Source: a virus (taxonomy: Duplodnaviria > Caudoviricetes). Taken from it: a stretch of DNA of 43,361 nucleotides. The notes beneath the pieces are model-generated. The model was not told the origin of the DNA and ran no database searches. It saw nothing but the letters and a program-made list of their open reading frames with translations. Every line of letters begins with the position of its first letter. Position 1 is the stretch's first letter. The translations under genes and the position numbers were made by a program. The stretch lies in the IMG/VR virus record IMGVR_UViG_3300024249_000014, positions 1-43,361 of that record. One strand, given 5' to 3'. This document shows, in pieces, positions 43,239 through 43,361 of the stretch.

Positions 43239-43361
43239 ATGGTGGAAATTCTCAGTGTCATTAGTCATGTACCCGCAGAGGCGGAGGATGCCGGTCGTGT
43301 CTCGGTGGAGTGGTTATCCGGGGATCAGCAAGATAGGATAAAGCTGCAAGTGCAAGCGCCG
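43239..43361 (+). CDS. 5' part of hypothetical protein running off the window end
   Basis: AGGAAGGTG RBS, ATG 43239, 41 open codons MVEILSVISH..IKLQVQAP. Confidence 0.6.
   Translation, partial: MVEILSVISHVPAEAEDAGRVSVEWLSGDQQDRIKLQVQAP

Noticed and set aside
1-43361. tRNA genes or stop-codon recoding
   Set aside because: No cloverleaf with T-loop and CCA noticed; long genes are intact under the standard code and all three stop codons are used

Overview
The window is an apparently complete ~43.4 kb tailed-phage genome with podovirus-type architecture, probably circularly permuted; the host is most likely an alphaproteobacterium (inference). The + strand arm (1-21.8 kb) encodes terminase small and large subunits, portal, scaffold, major capsid, adaptor and nozzle, ejection proteins and two paralogous tail fibres. 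The - strand arm (21.8-42.5 kb) encodes a SNF2 helicase, VRR-NUC nuclease, family A DNA polymerase, SSB, Cas4-like nuclease, primase-helicase, a MoxR/CobS-like AAA ATPase with partner, a SprT-like protein, an HNH protein and many small genes. A divergent non-coding control region lies at 42.45-43.24 kb. I recognised no integrase, tRNA, CRISPR array or endolysin. The strongest unexplained signals are: (1) about 75 copies of ATTAAT (consensus YATTAATR, ideal palindrome CTATTAATAG) across the genome; (2) a shared C-terminal peptide GLPD[VIL][LI] on three unrelated DNA-handling proteins (TerS, SSB, primase-helicase); (3) a solo BrnA-like antitoxin next to a duplicated operator-like palindrome; (4) a Pro/Gly-repeat protein ending in an Acb2/Tad1-like helix; (5) several structured intergenic RNA candidates. 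All family assignments come from motif recognition by eye, not database searches, and all counts are manual.
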